Below, piece by piece: positions 44,764-54,113 of a DNA stretch of 64,000 bases. The notes under the pieces were generated by a model that saw only the letters and a program-made list of their open reading frames with translations, ran no database searches and had not been told where the DNA came from. The stretch is taken from the NCBI GenBank assembly GCA_963719505.1, contig CAVRCF010000005.1, positions 896,001 through 960,000 of the forward strand. The letters are read 5' to 3'. Each line of letters starts with the position of its first letter. Position 1 is the first letter of the stretch. The stretch comes from Halobacteriovoraceae bacterium (lineage in GTDB: Bacteria; Bdellovibrionota; Bacteriovoracia; Bacteriovoracales; Bacteriovoracaceae). Made by a program: the position numbers and the translations under genes.

Positions 44764-46485
44764 TTAAATCCCAAAGCAGTGATTGGCTTTATCTTTGTCG
44801 AAAATCTCAATTTGCTTAAGTCTTCTCGGCTCTTTTTCAACCGCTACATTTATTTCATAAATTTTTTCGAGCCTAGCAATCGTAAACTTATAGTTTTTAC
44901 CTGGAACGAGGTAGTGCTCAAGGTTCATGGCTTCAGTTTTAGAGAAACGCAAATCGTTGATAGCAATGATTTCATCTCCTGCATTTAGACCTGCTTTATA
45001 AGCTGGCTCGTCGAGAACGACTTTAGCTAAAGAGGCATTTTGTCCCTCAAACTTCCACTCGACACCAAGATGAGGCTTATGAGTTTCAACCCAAATAAAC
45101 TTCATTCCGTTTTCTTCATAAAGAGTTTCAAAGTCAATATCTTCAGTGGTTGAAATTTTTTGCTCAAATCGGTCTCTAATTTCTTTATTTCCGATTTGTT
45201 CAATCATCTCAAGGACCTCTTCTCTTTCAACTCCTTTGGATTCGTCTTTCTTATATCGATCCCAAAGTTTTGTTAAAAGGTCATTAATAGAACAACCAAT
45301 TTTTACAAGATCAAAATGTAGTGTACTAAAAACAAGACCACCTTTTAAGTAATAACTAATAGAAGAGTTGCTACTATTTTCATCTGGTCGATACAACTTT
45401 ACCCAAGCATTAAATGAAGAGTCTTCTAAAGAGTGAAATTTCTTTCCAGGAATTGAAAAATACTTCTCAAGGTTCTGTTTTTGCATTGTCAGGTACTCTT
45501 CTAAAGTACACAGTCCCGACCTCAGGACAAAAAGCTCATCCATAAAACTTGTCAGTCCTTCGGTGAGCCAATGCAGGCGTGTATAATTCTCTTGTGTATA
45601 GTCAAAAGGTCCTAGTTCAACAGGTCTTATTCTTTTAACATTCCAAGTATGAAAATACTCGTGTGCTACTAGAGCAAGCCAATTAATATAGTCTTTTCTA
45701 TTTGAAAGTCTCCTTCCATCAAACTGGAGGGCCGTAGAGTTTTTATGCTCAAGACCGCCAAATTTATTTTTTACAAAATGAGTCATAAAGAGATAAGAAT
45801 CGTAGGGAATGTCATCAAAATGCTCAGCAACTGTTTCCACAATTGTTTTAATATCTTTTTTAAGATCATATTGATGAGGGTATTGATCCCCATAAAAAAT
45901 AACGTGATGCTCTTTGCCTTCAAACATGAAACCATCTGATTCGTGACAACCGATCTCAATAGGACAGTCGATAAGATCATCGTAATCATTTGCGGTATAG
46001 ATGAACTCATCCCTTTTATCAGATATATCCTTTAGACCCGTGTGAAGCTTTGACCAAAGAGGGGGAAACTTTACTCTGAGGACAGGATCCACAACATTTT
46101 GCCCGACCACTCCCATAAATAACGCTGGACCATGTAAAAAGGCATGGGACTCATCGATATGGCAGGTTCTGACAGTGAGGTCGTGACAATAAACCTCGTA
46201 CTCTAATGAAAACTCTGCACTTTCAGTTTTACACTCTGATCGACTCCAATCAATCTCCCAAATTCCTTTTTCGAGTTGCTCAAAATACAGATACTCTCCG
46301 GTTTTATTAAGAGCTCTTATTGAGCGAACGTGGGATGTGTACTCACGCATTAAATATGACCCAGGGGACCAGCTTGGAAGAAAGAACTTCAAAGTGGACT
46401 GATTTTTTGGTTTTATCGCGTCAATTTTGATCTTTGCGATGTGATTTTGAGGGTTTGTTATCTCTAAAGTATAGTTTAACTTCAT
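44764..46485 (-). CDS. M61 glycyl aminopeptidase with C-terminal PDZ domain
   Basis: PSWSPGSY, GGLEH, HEYFHTWNVKR, EGLTS, YYLKG, PAYKAGLNAGD. Confidence 0.93.
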   Translation of the reverse strand: MKLNYTLEITNPQNHIAKIKIDAIKPKNQSTLKFFLPSWSPGSYLMREYTSHVRSIRALNKTGEYLYFEQLEKGIWEIDWSRSECKTESAEFSLEYEVYCHDLTVRTCHIDESHAFLHGPALFMGVVGQNVVDPVLRVKFPPLWSKLHTGLKDISDKRDEFIYTANDYDDLIDCPIEIGCHESDGFMFEGKEHHVIFYGDQYPHQYDLKKDIKTIVETVAEHFDDIPYDSYLFMTHFVKNKFGGLEHKNSTALQFDGRRLSNRKDYINWLALVAHEYFHTWNVKRIRPVELGPFDYTQENYTRLHWLTEGLTSFMDELFVLRSGLCTLEEYLTMQKQNLEKYFSIPGKKFHSLEDSSFNAWVKLYRPDENSSNSSISYYLKGGLVFSTLHFDLVKIGCSINDLLTKLWDRYKKDESKGVEREEVLEMIEQIGNKEIRDRFEQKISTTEDIDFETLYEENGMKFIWVETHKPHLGVEWKFEGQNASLAKVVLDEPAYKAGLNAGDEIIAINDLRFSKTEAMNLEHYLVPGKNYKFTIARLEKIYEINVAVEKEPRRLKQIEIFDKDKANHCFGI

Positions 46486-46552
46486 GTTTTTCCTTTTATT
46501 AAATTTCTGCTAGATTATAGCAAAGAATTAATCATTTTCCTAAGGCACAAAC

Positions 46553-46954
46553 TTGTTTCCCGTAAATCTAAAAGAACACTACAAATTTGAACTCACTGAC
46601 TCAGCTTTTATGCAGATCAAGTTGATTCAGGAAAATGACTTCACTATTGAAAATCATACTTTTAGGCTCAAGATTGGAGGCAAAGGCTGTGATGGATTTA
46701 CCTATGAGACTGGTTTTTCACAAAAAGTTGAAGATGATATCGTTCTTGAGTTTAATAATAAGAATCAGAACCTCTCGATTCTATTGGATAAGTTTACAGC
46801 TTTCTACTGTAAAGAAGGCATCCTCGATTACTACTTTATTCCTCACGAAAATGAAGACGGTTTCTTTTTTACTAATAGAAATGAACATAAACATCACGGA
46901 AAATTCTTCAAGGACGGAGAGAATATCCCCGACTTTCCAGAGAACGAAATATGA
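46553..46954 (+). CDS. HesB/IscA-like protein lacking the C-terminal CGC motif
   Basis: LTDSA...FRLKIGGKGCDGFTY...LDY...GF; no CxC. Confidence 0.65.
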   Translation: MFPVNLKEHYKFELTDSAFMQIKLIQENDFTIENHTFRLKIGGKGCDGFTYETGFSQKVEDDIVLEFNNKNQNLSILLDKFTAFYCKEGILDYYFIPHENEDGFFFTNRNEHKHHGKFFKDGENIPDFPENEI

Positions 46955-47766
46955 ATTTTGGAATCGACTATAGATACCTAAAAGCATTTCAAATAACTGC
47001 TGAATACCTCAATTTTTCAAAAGCTGCGGCAAAACTTGGGATAGCCCAATCTGCTGTTTCCAGACAAATAAAGCTTCTAGAAGAATCCATGGGCGAACAG
47101 CTGATCATTAGATCATCTAAAAAGGTCATCTTAACTGACAAGGGCATTGATCTGTTAAAGGCCATAGCTCATTTTGAAAAGATGACCGAACAATTATCAA
47201 ATGAAAGTTCATCAAAACTCATAAAGATTGGAATTCTTCACGGGCTTTTAGAGAATTGGTTTCTTCCTATTATTAAAACATTTTCTAAAAATTCAATTCA
47301 CGATTTAACAATTGAAAGTGATACCCCTCAAAAAATGCGTACAGACCTTATCGAAGGCAAGCTTGACCTCATCTTCACGACGGAGAATATCCAAAGTGAC
47401 TTGGTGACGTCTCTGAGACTTTTTGACGAGAAGCTGGTCATCATTTCAAAAAAAGAAATTGATCCAAAAAACCTCAGAGCTCACAGGTGGATCACGTATT
47501 CAGACTCTGACTTCATCTTAAGTTTGAATAAAGTGCACTCAGACAAAATTATCACTGTGAAAAGTATGACTTCAATTATTAAACTGGTCAAAGAAGGTGT
47601 GGGTATCGCTGTTGTTCCAACACACTCTATTATTGGGGAAAAACTTAAAACCTACGAAGTTAAAACAACTTCTAAACATTCTGTATATTTAAGCACTTTG
47701 AATTATCAAAAATATCCTGATCATCTAAATGAGCTGCTAGACCTTATAAAGAAATCTTTGCCTTAA
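46951..47766 (+). CDS. LysR-family transcriptional regulator
   Basis: NFSKAAAKLGIAQSAVSRQIKLLE HTH; substrate-binding domain. Confidence 0.93.
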   Translation: MNFGIDYRYLKAFQITAEYLNFSKAAAKLGIAQSAVSRQIKLLEESMGEQLIIRSSKKVILTDKGIDLLKAIAHFEKMTEQLSNESSSKLIKIGILHGLLENWFLPIIKTFSKNSIHDLTIESDTPQKMRTDLIEGKLDLIFTTENIQSDLVTSLRLFDEKLVIISKKEIDPKNLRAHRWITYSDSDFILSLNKVHSDKIITVKSMTSIIKLVKEGVGIAVVPTHSIIGEKLKTYEVKTTSKHSVYLSTLNYQKYPDHLNELLDLIKKSLP

Positions 47767-48074
47767 TTAAGTGAACAACCATAACGAAGGTCATTTACTG
47801 TGGCCTTAGCAGAGGCAAAGTTATTTTTAAAAATGACTGACCTCTCTTTTTCATCCACTTTATATTCAAACAAGGGGTAACCTTTCTTAACCGATTCCAA
47901 ACAGTAGTTCTTGCCTTTGTTTAGCATAAAGTAACATGAGCAAAACTCCTTTGCCCTCATTGTACTCATCAACATTGGAACTTCTCTCAAAGGTGTTATA
48001 GAGAAAACAATCTGATGAAGAGCACCCAAGAATATAAAAAGACCGAAAGGGATGAGCACAGCTTTTGACTTCAT
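47763..48074 (-). CDS. Small membrane-anchored Cys protein (AKEFCSCYF...RYGC)
   Basis: Coupled to the serine hydrolase stop; N-terminal TM; 4 Cys. Confidence 0.7.
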   Translation of the reverse strand: MKSKAVLIPFGLFIFLGALHQIVFSITPLREVPMLMSTMRAKEFCSCYFMLNKGKNYCLESVKKGYPLFEYKVDEKERSVIFKNNFASAKATVNDLRYGCSLN

Positions 48075-49141
48075 CAGTCATCTCCCTTTAATCCAAGTGA
48101 GCTTAATATTAATTTTACGTACTCTTGTTTATCGAGCTTATTTCCTTTATCTCTAGCAATTCTTACAGCGACAATTTTTTGGGAAGGAAAAATAAAAATA
48201 CTTTGTCCCCCGTGCCCAAGCATCATAATAAGATCCTTAGGAGCTGTTGAAATCTTTTTCACCTCCCCTTTGCAAGGGAAGTTTAGCCAAAAGGATGCAC
48301 CATAAGTTAAATCACTGTGATGATCACAATTATCTGGGTACTGAAAGCTGGAGTTTATACTTGTGGCATAATCCATATAGCTTTTTGATACGACTTGCTC
48401 GTTTTTATAAAGACCTTTATTCATCACGAAAACACCCAACTTTAGAAGCTCCGCGGTAGACATATAGACATATGAAGAGGCCAAAAAATTTCCTTCTTCG
48501 TCCCTTTCAAAAGTAGCCTCAAGACCTAGCTTTTGAAATAAAAACGTCCACGGATAAATGGCCTTCAACTCTTTTGGCAACGCCCTCGCAATAGCTCCCA
48601 TAAGTAAGTTGGTATCACCGCTTGAGTAATGAAAGCGACGCCCAGGATTTGAGTGTTTGAGAGTCTTTAAGACATAGTTTGGGGCTGAGTCTTTAGTTGA
48701 AAAGTAGAGCATTCTCACAACATTAGAATTAAAAGGAGAATCCTCATAGAACTCATTCCAATCGAAACCAGAAGTCATCTCAAGAAGATTTTCAATTCGA
48801 ATTTGATTTAAGAACTTTTGCTGTTTTTTTGGGAAACGTGAAATCTCGGATGCATAAAACTTTGAGATAGAATCACTTTTATTAATATATCCTTGATCTT
48901 GTGCAATCCCAAAAAGGATAGATCCTACACTCTTAGACATTGACCATAGTAAGTGTTTCGTCGTTCGATCACCTTGCTCAAACTTTTCAAATTTCACTTC
49001 ACCATTGTGATAAAGTAAAAACTGTTCAGTCTTAAAATCTTCAACTTTCCCGCTAAAGAGGAACGTTTCAAGGTTATCAAAAACCTCTCCCGATGCTGCA
49101 AAAGAAAACAAAACACAAAGTATAGCTATTTTTAATTTCAT
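48074..49141 (-). CDS. Beta-lactamase-fold serine hydrolase (class C/NylB-like)
   Basis: Signal peptide; WSMSKS (SxxK), YSS, GHGGQ. Confidence 0.9.
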   Translation of the reverse strand: MKLKIAILCVLFSFAASGEVFDNLETFLFSGKVEDFKTEQFLLYHNGEVKFEKFEQGDRTTKHLLWSMSKSVGSILFGIAQDQGYINKSDSISKFYASEISRFPKKQQKFLNQIRIENLLEMTSGFDWNEFYEDSPFNSNVVRMLYFSTKDSAPNYVLKTLKHSNPGRRFHYSSGDTNLLMGAIARALPKELKAIYPWTFLFQKLGLEATFERDEEGNFLASSYVYMSTAELLKLGVFVMNKGLYKNEQVVSKSYMDYATSINSSFQYPDNCDHHSDLTYGASFWLNFPCKGEVKKISTAPKDLIMMLGHGGQSIFIFPSQKIVAVRIARDKGNKLDKQEYVKLILSSLGLKGDD

Positions 49142-49147
49142 CACAAA

Positions 49148-49178
49148 TAAAAAAGGCCAAAGCATATGCTCTGGCCTT
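49148..49178 (-). terminator. Intrinsic terminator after the FKBP gene
   Basis: AAGGCCA...TGGCCTT stem with an adjacent A run (U tract on the minus strand). Confidence 0.7.
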
Positions 49179-49197
49179 CCCTTTATCTTTTTAATTT

Positions 49198-49902
49198 CTA
49201 TTTCTTCTTAGGCTCTTCTTTTCCTGCAATCTTGAAGAGTTCAACCTCAAATACTAAAGTTGCTCCACCTGGAATTTTTGGAGGGGCACCATTGTCACCA
49301 TAACCAAGCTCTGGTGGGATAACAAGTTTGATTTTTCCACCCTCTTTAACAAGTTGCAAGCCTTCAGTCCAACCTTTGATAACTCTATTGAGTGGGAAAG
49401 AAATTGTCTTACCTCTATCAACTGAAGAGTCAAAAACCTCTCCACTTGTAAGTGTTCCGTGGTAATGAACTTCAACAGTATCTTCAGCACCTGGTTTCTT
49501 CCCTTCTCCTTCTTTAAGAATTTCGTAAACGAGACCTGATTCTGTTTTTTTAGCATTTTTATTTTTAGCTAGATAATCGTCAATGAATTTAGATCCGCTA
49601 GACTTCTCATCTTTCGCAACTTTCTCCATTCTTGCTTTAAACATTGTTTGAATTTTCGGTTGATAGACCTGAAGTTCAATTTCAGGTTTAGCACCCTTAG
49701 CTGAATTCACTAAACCTTTCTGAAGAGCAGCAAGTTCTTTATCATTAAGACTTAGTCTTTGAAGGTTAGAGCCTAACATAAAACCCATTGCATAAAATGT
49801 TTTGTCGTCTTCAGAAGATAACTTTACATCAGCAGGATTCTTTCCTTGATTACATGCAGAGGCAAGTAACAAACTTGAAAGTAAAATAATCGATTTTTTC
49901 AT
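49198..49902 (-). CDS. fkpA: FKBP-type peptidyl-prolyl isomerase (FkpA/Mip-like lipoprotein)
   Basis: Lipobox ASAC; VHYHGTL, FDSS, VIKGWTEGL, LGYG, LVFEVEL. Confidence 0.9.
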   Translation of the reverse strand: MKKSIILLSSLLLASACNQGKNPADVKLSSEDDKTFYAMGFMLGSNLQRLSLNDKELAALQKGLVNSAKGAKPEIELQVYQPKIQTMFKARMEKVAKDEKSSGSKFIDDYLAKNKNAKKTESGLVYEILKEGEGKKPGAEDTVEVHYHGTLTSGEVFDSSVDRGKTISFPLNRVIKGWTEGLQLVKEGGKIKLVIPPELGYGDNGAPPKIPGGATLVFEVELFKIAGKEEPKKK

Positions 49903-49984
49903 GAACCTTATCCTTATTTTTGATAGATTTAATAAATAGTTACAATAACGATAGTGATTTTAACCTGATTTGCCAAGAGTTTAC

Positions 49985-50836
49985 TTAAGCGGATCTCTTG
50001 TTAAGTAAAAGCACCAATAACACAAATGAGCCTGCAACCGAACACACCATTCCCACAGGAACTTCAGCACCATAGAAAGGATATTGAAAACAAAGAAAGT
50101 CCAATCCCGACAAAACCACTCCAGTAAGAATTGGTCCCAAGATGAGCTCTCTTCGCATACTGAATTTAAAGAAGCTAAAGCTTCGAATGATATGGGGGAA
50201 GATAAGTCCAATAAAAGAGAAAACTCCAAAATAGGAAACGACAAGACCAGTTAGGAAGAATGAAAGAAGTAAAGACAGTTTTGATAAGTAACTTGTCCTT
50301 AAACCAAGTCCTTCAGCAAATGCAGATCCCACACTCAAAATGGCCAAATCTTTACTTAACCTTAGTACTATTCCAAAGACAATAATAAAAATGATCAGAT
50401 AGAGCCATAGCACTTTCAATTCGAAGTATTTAAAATTTCCAAACCATATTCCAGTAGGAAATTCAAAATTAATAGCGATAAAGAGAAATTGGATGACCGA
50501 AAAAATGCCACCAACGAAAAGATTAAAACCTAATCCAATTAATATAACTTTATTCATATTGAGATTCTTTTTAAAACTTTTTAACGACACCAAACAAAGC
50601 GGAATAAAAAAGAGAAGAAAAAGAGCGAAGCTTAGGTGTTCTATTGGAAACTTAACTTGAACGAAGGTTATCAGAAATTGAGCGACTAAGATGACCAAGA
50701 CACCCAAGCCATCGAAACCGAGAGTTGAGGAGCTTGCCAGTTTATTATTCGTAATAATTTGGGCCAAACTTCCTGAGATCGTGAGAAAATAGCCACATAA
50801 AAAAGAGAGTAAAACTCGAGTGATATCAATTTCCAT
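49985..50836 (-). CDS. FecCD/BtuC-family ABC permease
   Basis: QIITNNKLAS, FAEGLG, FIGLIFPHI, EVPVG. Confidence 0.85.
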   Translation of the reverse strand: MEIDITRVLLSFLCGYFLTISGSLAQIITNNKLASSSTLGFDGLGVLVILVAQFLITFVQVKFPIEHLSFALFLLFFIPLCLVSLKSFKKNLNMNKVILIGLGFNLFVGGIFSVIQFLFIAINFEFPTGIWFGNFKYFELKVLWLYLIIFIIVFGIVLRLSKDLAILSVGSAFAEGLGLRTSYLSKLSLLLSFFLTGLVVSYFGVFSFIGLIFPHIIRSFSFFKFSMRRELILGPILTGVVLSGLDFLCFQYPFYGAEVPVGMVCSVAGSFVLLVLLLNKRSA

Positions 50837-51413
50837 TTATGATAATCCTCCCCTGTTGTTTTTTCATCACAAACTGGACTGGGTTTAACCTTTCAAGTTT
50901 ATCTGATTGGTGCTCAATAATAAAAACACAGCTGCTTTGTCCGAGGTCGCAAAGTTGGTTTATCACTAGTTCCAACTTCTCTTTATCTAAATATTGCAAA
51001 GGTTCATCTAACAGGTAAAAATCGACGTTTTGTGAAATGGCAAGAATGAACTTAACAAGTTGATTCTCCCCTCCGCTGAGAATTTTTACAGAGCGATTGA
51101 CTAAATATTCTATATCAAAATACTCCACCAGTCTCATGGCTTTATTCTTGTCGAAAGAGTCAAAACGCTGGCCCATCATTTCAAGGATATCAATCAGTCT
51201 AATATCGTTAATCGGACTCAAAGGAAACTGGTCCATAAACGCGACTTTCTTCCCTTGGAATACACTCTGCGTTTTGGACTTTAAGTGATTAAAAAAAGTT
51301 GATTTTCCAATCCCATTTTGACCAGTCAAAATATTTAAACCAACGTTAAAATGAATTTCGACATCAACATTTTGGTTGTTTACAATAAAGAAATCAGCTT
51401 GTTCAAATTTCAT
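50826..51413 (-). CDS. ABC transporter ATP-binding protein
   Basis: GQNGIGKST, LSGGE, LLDEP, IEH. Confidence 0.9.
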   Translation of the reverse strand: MKFEQADFFIVNNQNVDVEIHFNVGLNILTGQNGIGKSTFFNHLKSKTQSVFQGKKVAFMDQFPLSPINDIRLIDILEMMGQRFDSFDKNKAMRLVEYFDIEYLVNRSVKILSGGENQLVKFILAISQNVDFYLLDEPLQYLDKEKLELVINQLCDLGQSSCVFIIEHQSDKLERLNPVQFVMKKQQGRIIINGN

Positions 51414-52207
51414 AAATCCAGACCTATTAAAAACTCTAGAAGGTACACTTGTCGAATACCAGGAGAAAGAGCTCCTCGAAATTTTAAATTATATCTATTT
51501 TTCCCGACCTTTTTAAAAGAATTTAAACTTTCACTATCGGACACGGCGATGTGAATAGAATTTTTGGGGATTTTTTTCATAATTTTAGCTGACCATGGAA
51601 CGTATTCAAGTGGGCTTGAATACGTCTTAAGCTTTGTGATAACTTTCAAATCTTCAACGAAGCCATCACCAACAATTAAAAGCTCTGGTGCCTTTTTTGT
51701 AGAAGAGAATTTCCCCAAGTAAAAAAGAAAAACCTTATCAAATTTTATTTTCGAAATTTTCTTTTTTATAGAACTAACTTTAGACTTTATTGAAGAGAGT
51801 TTTTTTTCACATCCCTGCAAAAAACTTTGAAGGATCTCAACGCTTACGTCAAAAGAGGTAAAAGCTCCTCTTTTTCGAGTGAAGACTTCAACGAGATCTA
51901 TACCTTCTACTTTTGAGAGGTTCTTCCTCATCTCTAGACTTTGATCAAAGAAAACAATTTTTTTTGTCTTTGTCTGCTTGTTGAATACTTGCGGTCGAAG
52001 AAAAATCCCTCCCGCTAATTTTTTCACTTTATCTTCTTTTACTGGATGAAAAACAGAGATAGCCTCAACCTCATCTAATAATTCAAGTTCTTCAAGAAGC
52101 ATAGTTATAGGGGAACTCAAAGAATAATAGCTGTATTTTGGTGAGAGCTTGCAGCTTGAGTAAACACTCAAAGGAATAAAGAGAAGGATAAAACTAAAAG
52201 CCTTCAT
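51410..52207 (-). CDS. Periplasmic binding protein (BtuF/FecB-like)
   Basis: Signal peptide; SLSSPITMLLEEL and C-terminal PGIR pattern; first gene of the ABC set. Confidence 0.6.
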   Translation of the reverse strand: MKAFSFILLFIPLSVYSSCKLSPKYSYYSLSSPITMLLEELELLDEVEAISVFHPVKEDKVKKLAGGIFLRPQVFNKQTKTKKIVFFDQSLEMRKNLSKVEGIDLVEVFTRKRGAFTSFDVSVEILQSFLQGCEKKLSSIKSKVSSIKKKISKIKFDKVFLFYLGKFSSTKKAPELLIVGDGFVEDLKVITKLKTYSSPLEYVPWSAKIMKKIPKNSIHIAVSDSESLNSFKKVGKNRYNLKFRGALSPGIRQVYLLEFLIGLDL

Positions 52208-52838
52208 TATCCAAAGCCAGGTTTGCCATTTGATCACAGTGCTCGTTTTGAGGGTGTCCAGCGTGTCCCTTAACCCACTCGAGAACTAAATTGTCTCCAA
52301 TCTTCTGCTTTAAAACATCAAGAGTCTGCCACATCTCTACATTTTCGGGCACTTTCTTATCTGCTTTCTTCCAACCTCGAGACTTCCAACCATCCATCCA
52401 TTTTGAAATGCCATCGACAACATATTTTGAGTCTGTGACCACTAAGATATCAACAGATGCTATTGACTCATTTTTTGCGTTGAGAAATGCGCCTAAAGCC
52501 TTGAGGCCTTCAATAACTCCAAGAAGCTCCATTCTGTTGTTGGTTGTGTTCTTAAAAACTTCGGCCTGTTCAAAGACAATCTCTCCCAACCAATTTTGAG
52601 CAAAACACCCATAAGCGCCTGGACCAGGATTCCCTCGACACGCTCCATCCGAAAAAATAACATACGACCCAGTTTTACCTTTAACAGAAGCTGGGAGTTC
52701 AAAATCGCCACTCTGACTAACACTTGGTTCTTCTAAAGAATCTATAGACTCATAGATTTGACTGAATGCATCACTCAGGGATTCATTCGATAGAGTTTTT
52801 TCAATTTTCTTTAAACTATTATAGAGTTTTTTTTTCAT
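52194..52838 (-). CDS. rnhA: Ribonuclease HI with ~55-aa N-terminal extension
   Basis: DGACRGNPGPG, TTNNRMEL, TDSKYV, WVKGHAGHPQNE. Confidence 0.93.
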   Translation of the reverse strand: MKKKLYNSLKKIEKTLSNESLSDAFSQIYESIDSLEEPSVSQSGDFELPASVKGKTGSYVIFSDGACRGNPGPGAYGCFAQNWLGEIVFEQAEVFKNTTNNRMELLGVIEGLKALGAFLNAKNESIASVDILVVTDSKYVVDGISKWMDGWKSRGWKKADKKVPENVEMWQTLDVLKQKIGDNLVLEWVKGHAGHPQNEHCDQMANLALDNEGF

Positions 52839-52932
52839 CTACGCACCGCAACTATTTTTAGGTATTTTCTTTTCAAATACCCACCAAATATACTAATGTT
52901 ATATCCTTAGAGAATACACGTTTGGAGTAACT

Positions 52933-53430
52933 TTGGATAATCAATATTCGATTAAAGTATATAAGCAATATTTTAATTTTGCATCGTCACACTTTTTAAT
53001 TTTTGATGATGGCTCAAGAGAGCCTTTGCACGGGCATAACTACAGAGTTATGATCAAAGGAGAAGCTCCAAGTTTAAAGGCAGACGTTGTCTTTGATTTT
53101 CTAGACATAAAGCCAATCGTCAAAGAGGTTTGTGACAGTTTAGATCACAAGCTCCTCCTTCCAAAAGAAAACGATAAATTACAAATCCATGAGGACAATA
53201 ATAATTATAAAGTTATCACTCCTGATGAGTCGCATTTTAGCTTCCCCAAGCAAGATGTACTCCTTCTGCCAATACTAAACACAAGTGCTGAGAGGCTCGC
53301 TATTTATATAAATCAAAGAGTCAGAGAACTTACTAAAGAGAGATTTAATTTTGTTTTCTCAACATTTGAAATCGAAGTAGAGGAAACTCCAGGGCAATCT
53401 GCAATATATATCCACAAGGAAGAAGTATGA
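52933..53430 (+). CDS. 6-pyruvoyl-tetrahydropterin synthase family protein, PTPS-III-type ExxHGH motif
   Basis: FASSHF, REPLHGHNY, LDH, TSAE, EET. Confidence 0.85.
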   Translation: MDNQYSIKVYKQYFNFASSHFLIFDDGSREPLHGHNYRVMIKGEAPSLKADVVFDFLDIKPIVKEVCDSLDHKLLLPKENDKLQIHEDNNNYKVITPDESHFSFPKQDVLLLPILNTSAERLAIYINQRVRELTKERFNFVFSTFEIEVEETPGQSAIYIHKEEV

Positions 53431-54113
53431 TTTTTCTAGAATTAGATCCAGGTAAGTCAGTTGAGAACATGGACATTCATGCTTTTCGAACAGATGTTAA
53501 AGCAGACAAGTACCTCTACCTACTTGCCGGCACACACGGTGACGAGGTTGAAGGAGTCTATGTCTTAAAGAAGTTATTTGATTGGCTTAAGGATGAACAC
53601 AGCTTAAGAGATCTTCCTATAGTCGTTGTACCAGTCCTAAACCCAGACGGTTATAGAAACTCTACAAGGGTTAACTCCCATGCTGTGGATCTCAATAGGA
53701 ACTATCCATCAGACAACTGGGTGGCACAAGCAAGAAAAGAAAAATACAACCCAGGCCCTGAAGCCTTGAGTGAGCCAGAAAATAAATTTTTGGTAAAGCT
53801 CATGGATAAATTTAACCCAGGCCTTGTCCTATCATTTCACTCATGGAAACCACTGCTTAACTTTAATGGTGATATAGAAGATATTGCTGAATATCTTTCT
53901 AGCCATAATGAGTACGAAACGGCTGGAGATGTTGGCTACCCAACTCCGGGATCATTGGGCTGTTTTGTTCCGGAAAAATATAAATGTGGCGTTCTCACTT
54001 TCGAGTGCCCAGTCCTAAATGACAAAATTTCTCTTAAAAGTATATGGGAAGAAAATGAAGAGGCTTTGAAAAGCTTAATTCAAAGTAATCTACTCCTCGA
54101 TAAAATAAAATGA
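53427..54113 (+). CDS. M14 zinc carboxypeptidase, murein peptide amidase MpaA-like
   Basis: HGDE, NPDG, DLNRNY, SEPE, SFHSW, GYPTPGSLG, TFE. Confidence 0.85.
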   Translation: MIFLELDPGKSVENMDIHAFRTDVKADKYLYLLAGTHGDEVEGVYVLKKLFDWLKDEHSLRDLPIVVVPVLNPDGYRNSTRVNSHAVDLNRNYPSDNWVAQARKEKYNPGPEALSEPENKFLVKLMDKFNPGLVLSFHSWKPLLNFNGDIEDIAEYLSSHNEYETAGDVGYPTPGSLGCFVPEKYKCGVLTFECPVLNDKISLKSIWEENEEALKSLIQSNLLLDKIK

